Positions 48,484 through 56,461 of a stretch of 64,000 nucleotides of DNA are shown here, piece after piece. The notes beneath the pieces were generated by a model. The model was not told the origin of the DNA. It made no database searches and saw only the letters and a list, made by a program, of their open reading frames with translations. How positions within the stretch are numbered: position 1 is the first letter of the stretch; each line of letters starts with the position of its first letter. Position numbers and translations under genes: made by a program. Source of the stretch: a virus; the IMG/VR virus record IMGVR_UViG_3300029374_000001, positions 192,001 through 256,000 of that record, one strand, 5' to 3'.

Positions 48484-48614
48484 TCTAATCTCTCCTTTTG
48501 TAAAATATAAATGAATTTCTCATATTTATAATATATAATCAAAAAAAAAATAAAAACTTAATTTTATTATAATATCTATATAATAATCGTATTGTATTTT
48601 ATAGGAGGAATCTT

Positions 48615-48923
48615 ATGAAGAAAATTTTTATTTCACAGTCGATGAAAGATAAGTCCCAGGAGCAAATTGTTAATGCCCGCAACGAGGCTGTAGCCGCCAT
48701 TAGAGAAAAGTACAATGATGATGTGACAATATTAGATTCTTATAAACCAGAGTTTAAAGATCTACCTCCTATTGCTTGTTTAGGAGAAAGTCTTAAGATT
48801 ATGGCAGAAGCCGATGTAGTCGTATTCATTGGAGACTGGGCATCTGCTAGAGGATGTAAAATTGAACACGAAGTAGCTGATAAATATGGTAAGACTATCG
48901 TAGATATGAATACGATAAAATAA
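48615..48923 (+). CDS. Small Rossmann-like protein, DUF4406/nucleoside 2-deoxyribosyltransferase-like
   Basis: 'KIFISQSMKD..EADVVVFIGDWASARGCKIEHEVA..YGKTI' fits the N-deoxyribosyltransferase-like fold pattern. Recognition is from memory. AGGAGG SD. Confidence 0.4.
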   Translation: MKKIFISQSMKDKSQEQIVNARNEAVAAIREKYNDDVTILDSYKPEFKDLPPIACLGESLKIMAEADVVVFIGDWASARGCKIEHEVADKYGKTIVDMNTIK

Positions 48924-48936
48924 ATAAAAAATAATA

Positions 48937-48960
48937 TCGGTGGACTATATAGTCCACCGA
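48937..48960. terminator. Perfect 24-bp palindrome tcggtggactat|atagtccaccga between convergent genes
   Basis: Exact inverted repeat flanked by A/T runs. Confidence 0.45.
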
Positions 48961-48966
48961 CAATTC

Positions 48967-49599
48967 TTATGTTTCTGTTAAAATATAGTACGTATACCAT
49001 ATATTGGCACATATGATAGAAATCATAAATGCTGTAGAAGCAATCATACTATTATAATCACTGGCGGTATATAGACTAACCATCGTATATATCCAGTATA
49101 TAATAGTAAATAGTGCGGTCACTACACCCACTCCAAATAGACACAATTTTGGTTTATTCCATTGGATCATGGGTCTAATATGCGGCTGCTTCTTGGTTCC
49201 CGCTTTTGTATCTAAGAAATAGATTCTTCCAGTTTTGAAGTTCATTTTAGCTTCAAAGTCAATCGTATCTAATACTCTAATATTTGTAATTTTACGATCT
49301 GGAAGATCTAAACATGTATCAATCAATCGATATGCGTAGTCTATATCTTGAGCGTGCCGATTAGCATCAGAATCGATATAGTCTGCATAAATGATCGTAT
49401 CAATCAAATGCTCATCTTCTCCTTCTCCATACCAATATTGTTGATCCAATTCAAATGCGGTGAATCGGAATAATTGACCTATATTAATATTTGTATAGGC
49501 CTTTAGTGGGAATATGTACAATATTGAATCACTCAGATAAAATTCGCCATCAATCTTGTTGGTAATTCTGTCAACAATCTTATAGTTTTTAGCATCCAT
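48967..49599 (-). CDS. Hypothetical protein with C-terminal transmembrane segments
   Basis: AGGAGG upstream. Hydrophobic stretches 'LCLFGVGVVTALFTIIYWIY' and 'IASTAFMISIICANIWY'. Confidence 0.5.
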   Translation of the reverse strand: MDAKNYKIVDRITNKIDGEFYLSDSILYIFPLKAYTNINIGQLFRFTAFELDQQYWYGEGEDEHLIDTIIYADYIDSDANRHAQDIDYAYRLIDTCLDLPDRKITNIRVLDTIDFEAKMNFKTGRIYFLDTKAGTKKQPHIRPMIQWNKPKLCLFGVGVVTALFTIIYWIYTMVSLYTASDYNSMIASTAFMISIICANIWYTYYILTET

Positions 49600-49750
49600 T
49601 TTTTTAGTCCTCCTTTTGAACTATAAATAAAATTGATATATAAATAAGCCTCCGGAGATTTTAACAATGTATATAACTATTGTATAAAGGTCTCCGGAGG
49701 ACGGATCTTTAAATTGCTGTAGGAGTCTTTATCAAGACTCCATATCTTAA

Positions 49751-49930
49751 TTAAGACTGAGATATAATGATATCTTGAATCTTAACAAGATTAGTAAGGA
49801 ATGTTTCCTTTAGGGTGTGGTAGTATTCCTTATTCGCTTCATTAATCGGAAAGTTATTTTCCAGATCAAACAAAGCTTTCTTGTACATCTGTCGAGTATC
49901 TTCGGCAGATATAGAATTATGAATCTCCAT
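49751..49930 (-). CDS. Small protein (59 aa), paralog of 4669..4842
   Basis: Start set at MEIHNSISAED (AAAAAGGAGGAC upstream, the same 5' UTR as the 4842 gene). The track's GTG start at 49978 is rejected. Confidence 0.45.
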   Translation of the reverse strand: MEIHNSISAEDTRQMYKKALFDLENNFPINEANKEYYHTLKETFLTNLVKIQDIIISQS

Positions 49931-49997
49931 AATTTCTAAGTCCTCCTTTTTATAGATTTGGAGAAGGTATAGATCCACCTATATCTTCTCTCATCTC

Positions 49998-50064
49998 TAT
50001 AATATATAAATAAAAAGAACTTAGATTACAAAAAAGAATCAGAGACTCTTATGAGTCTCTGATA
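49998..50064 (-). promoter_or_regulatory. Terminator-promoter module (palindrome atcagagactc-ttat-gagtctctgat, T-run, TTGTAA-N17-TATATA)
   Basis: Sequence 49940-50035 is near-identical to 4853-4945. Its palindrome arms match those of 44199..44226. Confidence 0.4.
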
Positions 50065-50392
50065 TATAATTATATACACTTAAACATTATAATAATCATA
50101 GCATTATCCGCTATGTATAAGATATCCCATCAGGGTTGAAGTCATACAGTTTTTGCTTCTATTTGGTAACGCATCTTTCTTATACCGTACAGGACTTTAT
50201 CCAAAATCATATCTTGCTGATGGCACGATCTTATATACTTGTCTGTAGATGCATATACAGATGAGTCTTAATTAGAGAAGGATGATAACTCTATATACAC
50301 TCTTCCACTTATACTATTATTGGCTCTGTTATATACAAATTTGAGAGTTATAGATTTGGCTATTATCTTTCTCTTACTTAAGCAAAAGAATT

Positions 50393-50476
50393 CCCATAGA
50401 CTCATATGAGTCTATGGGATATATTGTCATACAAGGTGTTCTCAGAGAGTGCAACTATTATAAAACTCTCTGAGAA
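50393..50476 (-). terminator. Two stem-loops 3' of the 50518..52101 gene: palindrome cccatagactcat|atgagtctatggg (50393-50418) and 12-bp stem gttctcagagag..ctctctgagaac (50437-50476)
   Basis: Inverted repeats seen directly. The first is a variant of the CTCATATGAG family. Confidence 0.4.
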
Positions 50477-50517
50477 CTATCGTTATGGGGTTCCGCGCCC
50501 TACTATAATGTTAGAAC

Positions 50518-52101
50518 TTACTTGTTCTGTTCAGTAAACATAAGATCAATCTGTGGATACATTGGATCTAAGATCTTAATTAATGCTTTATATGGATCTA
50601 GTTCTTCTGTTAATATCATTTCTACAATTGTTTTAGAAAAGCCAGATACAAGCACCAAACCATTGGAATTACGTGTCATTGGGATGGTACCAGTACGAGA
50701 ATTGACGTTCCAGAAGATAAGCCGTGGTATAGTATAGCCATGTGCTTTATAACGCTCAGAAATCATATCAAACAATGCTTGATCTGTAGAACCATCCATA
50801 GCCATATCAAATTCCATATCTGATATAATAATCAGATTCTTTGGAAGATCTTCTTGAGATAGATTATTATTAATTGCAGTATTCAATACTAAATTAAATA
50901 CAGATTCAATATCCGTATTGGAGCAATCATCATAGTGAGCCAGAGCAATCAGTTTATCATATAAAGTATGATACATATTCAGATCTACAATATACGGTCT
51001 CATGCTAAATGAAATAAACTTATTCTTAAACGCTTTGGATTTAATATGCTCTGCGCAATACAATGTAATAGAATCTGCTACATTTTGTGCGGTCAATGAA
51101 TCATTAATAGCGCATCTCATACTACCAGATCCATCTCGAATAACCAATGTGTCTTCTAATAAAGATCCAGGAGGAGTCTGATGCTTCCAAAGTTCTTCTA
51201 ATGTATCATCTTTTTCAGCAAATCCGCCATTCCAGTATTTACGTACAATATCATACAAGAAGAGACTATTGGCATTGATCTTGGCTTTACCTTGTTTTAA
51301 ATCTTCTAAATATTGTCTTCTTCTATTTTCATCATGACGTAAGAAAGCACCATTGTATATCAAATTAGCTTTAGATGGTACATGTTCATAATTGATATTG
51401 TACCATTGGTTATCAGACATTTTAACTTCCAATACATCGAGATACTTTCTTAATTGAGACAAGAGTTTTCTATATTGTTTATCTGTATACTTACAGAAGC
51501 TTGGTAAAGCTTTCTTCAATTCTCTTGCTCTTTTACGAGTATACACAGAAGATGTATTCATAGAAGGAATCCATTTAGCCAACAAACTAATTGGTTTATT
51601 TTCCTTCATATTTTTAATATCTATTTTTAACTGTGAATTAATGGTTAATTTGCATAAAGTTTTGACTTTACTATTGGATGTGGTAAAATAAAGATCAATT
51701 ATATCATCCCACCTACCAATATCTTGAATAATCATAGATAAGAGTATATTCATGGTTGCATCCGGATCTATATCGGACAGATGTGCTAATAAACAACGGA
51801 AAGCATCTCTTTCTCCTAGTCCATGTTTGATATCTCTTAAATATAATAACCATTTGATCGTTCTAATTTTATCTTCATGATAAGATAAATCAAATTGTAT
51901 ACACATTGATTTGAGCGTATTATAATCGATTTGATCATTATTGTAATTTTTAATTTGCTTTCTAAATTCAGAGAATGCCCTTCTCAACATAGGTACAGAG
52001 AAATTTAAATCAACTAATGCATGACCAGTACTTTCATAACCAATAGCACCATTCTCTGTTTTTGTGAGCACATTGGCTCTCATCATGTTCATAAAATCCA
52101 T
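50518..52101 (-). CDS. DUF2828-like protein with C-terminal vWA (MIDAS) domain; TROVE/Ro60-like architecture
   Basis: 'LVIRDGSGSMR' D-x-S-x-S MIDAS motif plus 'LIIISDMEFD'. N-terminal 'TENGAIGYESTGHALVDLNF' resembles DUF2828 N-termini (from memory). AGGAGG 8 nt upstream. Confidence 0.5.
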   Translation of the reverse strand: MDFMNMMRANVLTKTENGAIGYESTGHALVDLNFSVPMLRRAFSEFRKQIKNYNNDQIDYNTLKSMCIQFDLSYHEDKIRTIKWLLYLRDIKHGLGERDAFRCLLAHLSDIDPDATMNILLSMIIQDIGRWDDIIDLYFTTSNSKVKTLCKLTINSQLKIDIKNMKENKPISLLAKWIPSMNTSSVYTRKRARELKKALPSFCKYTDKQYRKLLSQLRKYLDVLEVKMSDNQWYNINYEHVPSKANLIYNGAFLRHDENRRRQYLEDLKQGKAKINANSLFLYDIVRKYWNGGFAEKDDTLEELWKHQTPPGSLLEDTLVIRDGSGSMRCAINDSLTAQNVADSITLYCAEHIKSKAFKNKFISFSMRPYIVDLNMYHTLYDKLIALAHYDDCSNTDIESVFNLVLNTAINNNLSQEDLPKNLIIISDMEFDMAMDGSTDQALFDMISERYKAHGYTIPRLIFWNVNSRTGTIPMTRNSNGLVLVSGFSKTIVEMILTEELDPYKALIKILDPMYPQIDLMFTEQNK

Positions 52102-52155
52102 TTTTATTACCTCCTAAGTGTCTCTACACACCTAATAAAAAATAAAAATATATGA

Positions 52156-52392
52156 TTATTGTATAATACGAGATCTATGTAAAAATTGGAAGAAATGTTC
52201 TACATCTAATCTGGATGCGATATTGTATATTTTAGAATTTACAAGCTGTTTACTTTTATCTGAACTGATATAGTAAACACCGATACATATATTATACTTA
52301 TTTTTATAAATCCAATAGGATGTATTGTCTACATCAAAATGATATGTTTTTCCATCTACCAATCCATTGAGTATATCTTCTTTAGTCATCAT
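52156..52392 (-). CDS. Hypothetical small protein
   Basis: ORF with a weak GGGTG SD. Confidence 0.4.
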   Translation of the reverse strand: MMTKEDILNGLVDGKTYHFDVDNTSYWIYKNKYNICIGVYYISSDKSKQLVNSKIYNIASRLDVEHFFQFLHRSRIIQ

Positions 52393-52784
52393 ATCACACC
52401 CATATAGAATAAAGAATCATCTAAACCAATAATGGTTTAGATCGAATTATACAATAAAAAATAAAATAAAATCATAGAACTCATTCCTAAGATCCAAATT
52501 TATTACAAGACCCTATCTAGGTCTTAGGAATTGTTGAGTTCTTGACTCAGCTATCAGACTCCTAAAGATTGCGCTATCTTAAGGGAAATAGACGCTGAAA
52601 CGCTTCAAGGCGTATGTTCGTTTTGTAAGTTTTGGTTTGCTGTGTGGGCCTTTTTAAGAGACCGTACCTCTACAGTACGGCGTGTGTAGAGAAACTAGAC
52701 GCATCTATATCCAATTTATAGTGAGTAAAATTGCTGTAAGCGCCTACGAACTTCTCTATCATCAATATACTGTTATAGAATTAA

Positions 52785-53837
52785 TTAAATATTACAAACA
52801 ATCTCATCAATTCTGTCTTTAGATACTCCAAAATCCTTTTCACCTTTATAATTGTTTCTATGAATATAGATAGGAATATTTAAGACCAATAGTTTCTGAA
52901 TATAATGAGACAATTCTTCATTGCTTACATCTTTGTCCGGATAATAATGAATTTCTATATTTTCCAATCCATAAGATTCTATTAACGTTCGAACTACGTT
53001 AAAGTACCCTTTGCCATTAGAAGCAATATAAATATTATTTTGTCTATTCTGATTTCTTAAATGATAAAAGATCGATAATATATCAAAGCATCCTTCTGCT
53101 ACATGAACTTTAATTGGATCTTTAGACAATACATCAATCTGTGTAGGAATACAATAATTGCGAATATGCTTCAGATTCTTATTAAACAATTCATAATTAT
53201 AATATCGAGACTTAATATATGACTTAGACTCTTCTGTATTTCTCATAATTAAATAAGAGTTGTCCAGAGATAGAAAGCCTACAAAATATGTATGAATATC
53301 TTCTACAATTCCTGGTAAAGCAGTAGAGGATAGTTGATTCATTTGTAATAATTCTTTTAAATTGAATACAATCTTATTCTTCTGTGCTTCTTCTATAGAC
53401 ATAGACAAACCTAAACGTTGGTTGATATAATCTAATTTCTTTTTGGCTAATTCTATATCTAATATCTGATAATTATAGTTGACAGATCTGGATATCTTAT
53501 GATAGCCTATTCTCATCTTAGAGAAATTTACTTTTCCGGTAATAGATTCTGCAATAATCTGTAAGTCTTCTATATCTTTCTGTGTAATCTTTTGGTCTGG
53601 GATAATAGTCCGAATAATATCTGGAGTAAATAATCCTTTAGCCTCACATTTAAAGCAATGATATAATGGGGCTTCTGTTTCTGAGCCTAACTTAATATAG
53701 AAATGAGCTTTATGAGAGGCACTGCTGTCTCCACAGAATGGACAACGTATAATAGCTTCTCCATTTCTAATAGTCATCTCATCTTTAAAATGTCTTTCTA
53801 ATAATGACTGCAATACATAGGTTGCTTGGTCTTTCAT
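52785..53837 (-). CDS. DnaG-like primase (zinc ribbon + TOPRIM)
   Basis: Zn-ribbon 'CPFCGD..H..H...CFKCEAKG'. TOPRIM 'VHVAEGCFDILS' and 'YYPDKD'. Start set at MKDQATY (AGGAGGTGA 8 nt upstream). Confidence 0.65.
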   Translation of the reverse strand: MKDQATYVLQSLLERHFKDEMTIRNGEAIIRCPFCGDSSASHKAHFYIKLGSETEAPLYHCFKCEAKGLFTPDIIRTIIPDQKITQKDIEDLQIIAESITGKVNFSKMRIGYHKISRSVNYNYQILDIELAKKKLDYINQRLGLSMSIEEAQKNKIVFNLKELLQMNQLSSTALPGIVEDIHTYFVGFLSLDNSYLIMRNTEESKSYIKSRYYNYELFNKNLKHIRNYCIPTQIDVLSKDPIKVHVAEGCFDILSIFYHLRNQNRQNNIYIASNGKGYFNVVRTLIESYGLENIEIHYYPDKDVSNEELSHYIQKLLVLNIPIYIHRNNYKGEKDFGVSKDRIDEIVCNI

Positions 53838-53899
53838 ATCTCTGTTCACCTCCTAACTATAAAAAATATATGGTAGAGCGATATCGCTCTACCATATTG

Positions 53900-55495
53900 T
53901 CAGATCATCATTACATATTGAAGAACTTCTTCACATAGTTTTTCTGGTAATGGTTGTATCGGAATTACCTGTCCGTGTTCTTCTCTGTTTCTATAATTGA
54001 TATAAGTAAACTTAGAAGATAATATCTTAGAGATTAAAGCAAATATTCCTTCATCTTGAATCTTCTTATTACCATATTTAGCAACAACTTTTGGATAAGA
54101 TTCAGATATCCCAATACGCTGGGTAATCTTTCGATTGACATTCTTTCTACTAACCAATCGTTCGACTTTTCCAGCAATAATATAAGGAAGCAACGATTGA
54201 CCATTGCTGAGCAGCATCTTCTTAACTGCCAGCATACAAATAACATAATCTCTATTAGAAATCATTCTAGCTGCTTGAATATCTTTGAATTCTTTAAAGA
54301 ATGGATACATCACCAAGTTAAATTGAAACTGGTTCTTAATTGGCTTTCCTTCTTTAGATAATTCATGCATATAGAATACAATCTCTCCTTCATCAAAAGG
54401 ACCATACTTTCGTTTAATCGTTTCCATTGTATGTCTGCAATTGACGTTGGATTGTATAACCATAGATTCATCAATCTTAGCAATATGTGCTTCAAACTTA
54501 TCCGCTTCACTATTGTTATCTTCATCTCTTTCTGAAGATGATACGGATGCCATCTGGAATTCATAAGGTGCATCAACAACCTTATATTTAACTTCTCTTC
54601 CTATAGCATCATAGTTAAAACAAACAATGTTTTTATTGAATGTATATTTTGGGAAAACTTGGATAATCAAATCTTCTATCGTATTCATAGAATGAGAGGT
54701 TGGATTACGACCTCTGATATCCTGCATATCCCATAATACTTTATTGCTATTGACAGACTTCTGTACGTTTGTCATTGTGGTCTCGTACAATTTAGCAATA
54801 ATGTCTATATTATAAACTCTCTTGATTTCCTGCATGATATAATCATAGCAAGTCAGCAAGATATTTTTGATTTCGATATTATCATACCGTTTAGACCATA
54901 CGAAATGCATAATCAATGGAATAATACAATTTTGAATAAATGAGATTTCCATTAAGATCTCAGCATGTTCATCTGTATATTCCAAACAAGGATTCTTAGT
55001 ATTGGAATAAGATAAATGAACCATATAGTTATCTTTTACCAATTTACGAATATTGGCATGTAGTGTTGGATTGGCATGTTCATCATAAGAGATAATAAAC
55101 CGAATCAGATCATTAATAAAATTCTGTTCGGTGTATGTATCTTCCATATAATCGATGAAGTACTTAATCTGTCCATAGATACCCACTAATTCATGGTTCG
55201 TATCATAGAATTTTTCAAAATAATTTAAATATTGTGTACAATGATTTCTAAACCCTACGACCACTTTACCATTCTTAATTTGTGTTTTAGAGTTGTATCC
55301 TCTTTTAGCACTCATCATAAAAAATGACATTAATGATCCAGGTTCATTTCCATAAGCAATCGCACATTCGTTACATTGAATGGCATTACCAATAATTTTA
55401 AATATCTCCTCCTCTTCAGATTGAGGCATCCAATCATCAATTGGGATTATGCCTCTTTTTATGACTTCCTCAACAAATTCGTTTTCGTTCGGCAT
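53900..55495 (-). CDS. Hypothetical protein (531 aa)
   Basis: Start set at MPNENEF (AGGAGG 7 nt upstream). Confidence 0.55.
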   Translation of the reverse strand: MPNENEFVEEVIKRGIIPIDDWMPQSEEEEIFKIIGNAIQCNECAIAYGNEPGSLMSFFMMSAKRGYNSKTQIKNGKVVVGFRNHCTQYLNYFEKFYDTNHELVGIYGQIKYFIDYMEDTYTEQNFINDLIRFIISYDEHANPTLHANIRKLVKDNYMVHLSYSNTKNPCLEYTDEHAEILMEISFIQNCIIPLIMHFVWSKRYDNIEIKNILLTCYDYIMQEIKRVYNIDIIAKLYETTMTNVQKSVNSNKVLWDMQDIRGRNPTSHSMNTIEDLIIQVFPKYTFNKNIVCFNYDAIGREVKYKVVDAPYEFQMASVSSSERDEDNNSEADKFEAHIAKIDESMVIQSNVNCRHTMETIKRKYGPFDEGEIVFYMHELSKEGKPIKNQFQFNLVMYPFFKEFKDIQAARMISNRDYVICMLAVKKMLLSNGQSLLPYIIAGKVERLVSRKNVNRKITQRIGISESYPKVVAKYGNKKIQDEGIFALISKILSSKFTYINYRNREEHGQVIPIQPLPEKLCEEVLQYVMMI

Positions 55496-55557
55496 CAATT
55501 TTCCTCCTTTTGAAAATAGATACACTTAACTCTCGTCTATATAATATACATTTAAAT

Positions 55558-56361
55558 TTATTTTTTGCGTCCAATGCGTTTTATAACAGAGGCGGTTCTG
55601 ACAGATTTAATAGCAGATTTGATTCTTCCAACTTTAGATGCTTTAGCCGCTGTCTTAACGATCTTTACATTATCAGAAGCATACCCTGTTAAATCTTTAA
55701 CAATCGCTTTGTCTTGCCTCTCCTGCTCTTTGATCTTCTTTTGGATCTCTTTAACTCGTTTGATATCCCCCAATTTGGTTTCAGAGTCCGCAATCATTTT
55801 CAAGACATTGGCTTTGTTTAGTGGTTTAGCAGTCTTCCAAGCTTCTTCAGCAAAAAACAATCTTCTCAGTTTCATGAAGTAATAAGCAAAGTACAAAGAC
55901 TTCACATATCCCGTTTGCATTCTAGGATTACGTATAACTGGTTTATCTGTTAATGCTTTTCTGTTCATTTTCTTTTCTAACCAATCTATGGTTAGTCCAG
56001 AATGCTTAAATGTATATGCATAGGTAAAAATAAAAGCTGGATCGTTGGAGAAGAATCTGACGTTGTACATATTCAGATTGGATAACATAACATCTGGCTT
56101 ATCTGTACTGAATTCTATAACGACGTCATAATAAATTCCTTTTGTATTTTCAGAAGGAACCATCAGATGAGCATAGTATCGATTAGATTCTCTCGTATCT
56201 TTATATAAATAATATGCCATCTCTCCTGCTTCTCTAACCATGACGGTATCGAAGCGTCTTTTATAATCTGCTTTGATTAACTTCATTTGCGCATTGGTAG
56301 ATACGCCTTTGATAATTCCCGGGTTGTCTATATAGTTAGAATATGTTGTCTTAATAATCAT
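55558..56361 (-). CDS. Hypothetical protein with basic K-rich C-terminus
   Basis: AGGAGA 7 nt upstream. C-terminal 'KTAAKASKVGRIKSAIKSVRTASVIKRIGRKK'. Confidence 0.5.
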   Translation of the reverse strand: MIIKTTYSNYIDNPGIIKGVSTNAQMKLIKADYKRRFDTVMVREAGEMAYYLYKDTRESNRYYAHLMVPSENTKGIYYDVVIEFSTDKPDVMLSNLNMYNVRFFSNDPAFIFTYAYTFKHSGLTIDWLEKKMNRKALTDKPVIRNPRMQTGYVKSLYFAYYFMKLRRLFFAEEAWKTAKPLNKANVLKMIADSETKLGDIKRVKEIQKKIKEQERQDKAIVKDLTGYASDNVKIVKTAAKASKVGRIKSAIKSVRTASVIKRIGRKK

Positions 56362-56461
56362 AAAAGAATCTCCTATAAAGAAAGAAGGAGGTCTAAGGCT
56401 AATAAAAGCCTTAGACCAACATATATGATTATTAGTAAGTTATGTATAAAATCAAAAATGA

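Noticed and set aside
52393-52784. Possible tRNA in the structured noncoding regions (also 50460..50517 'ggggttccgcgccc')
   Set aside because: No canonical T-arm (GGTTCGAnTCC) or cloverleaf with anticodon stem could be built by eye. It is retained only as a generic ncRNA candidate.
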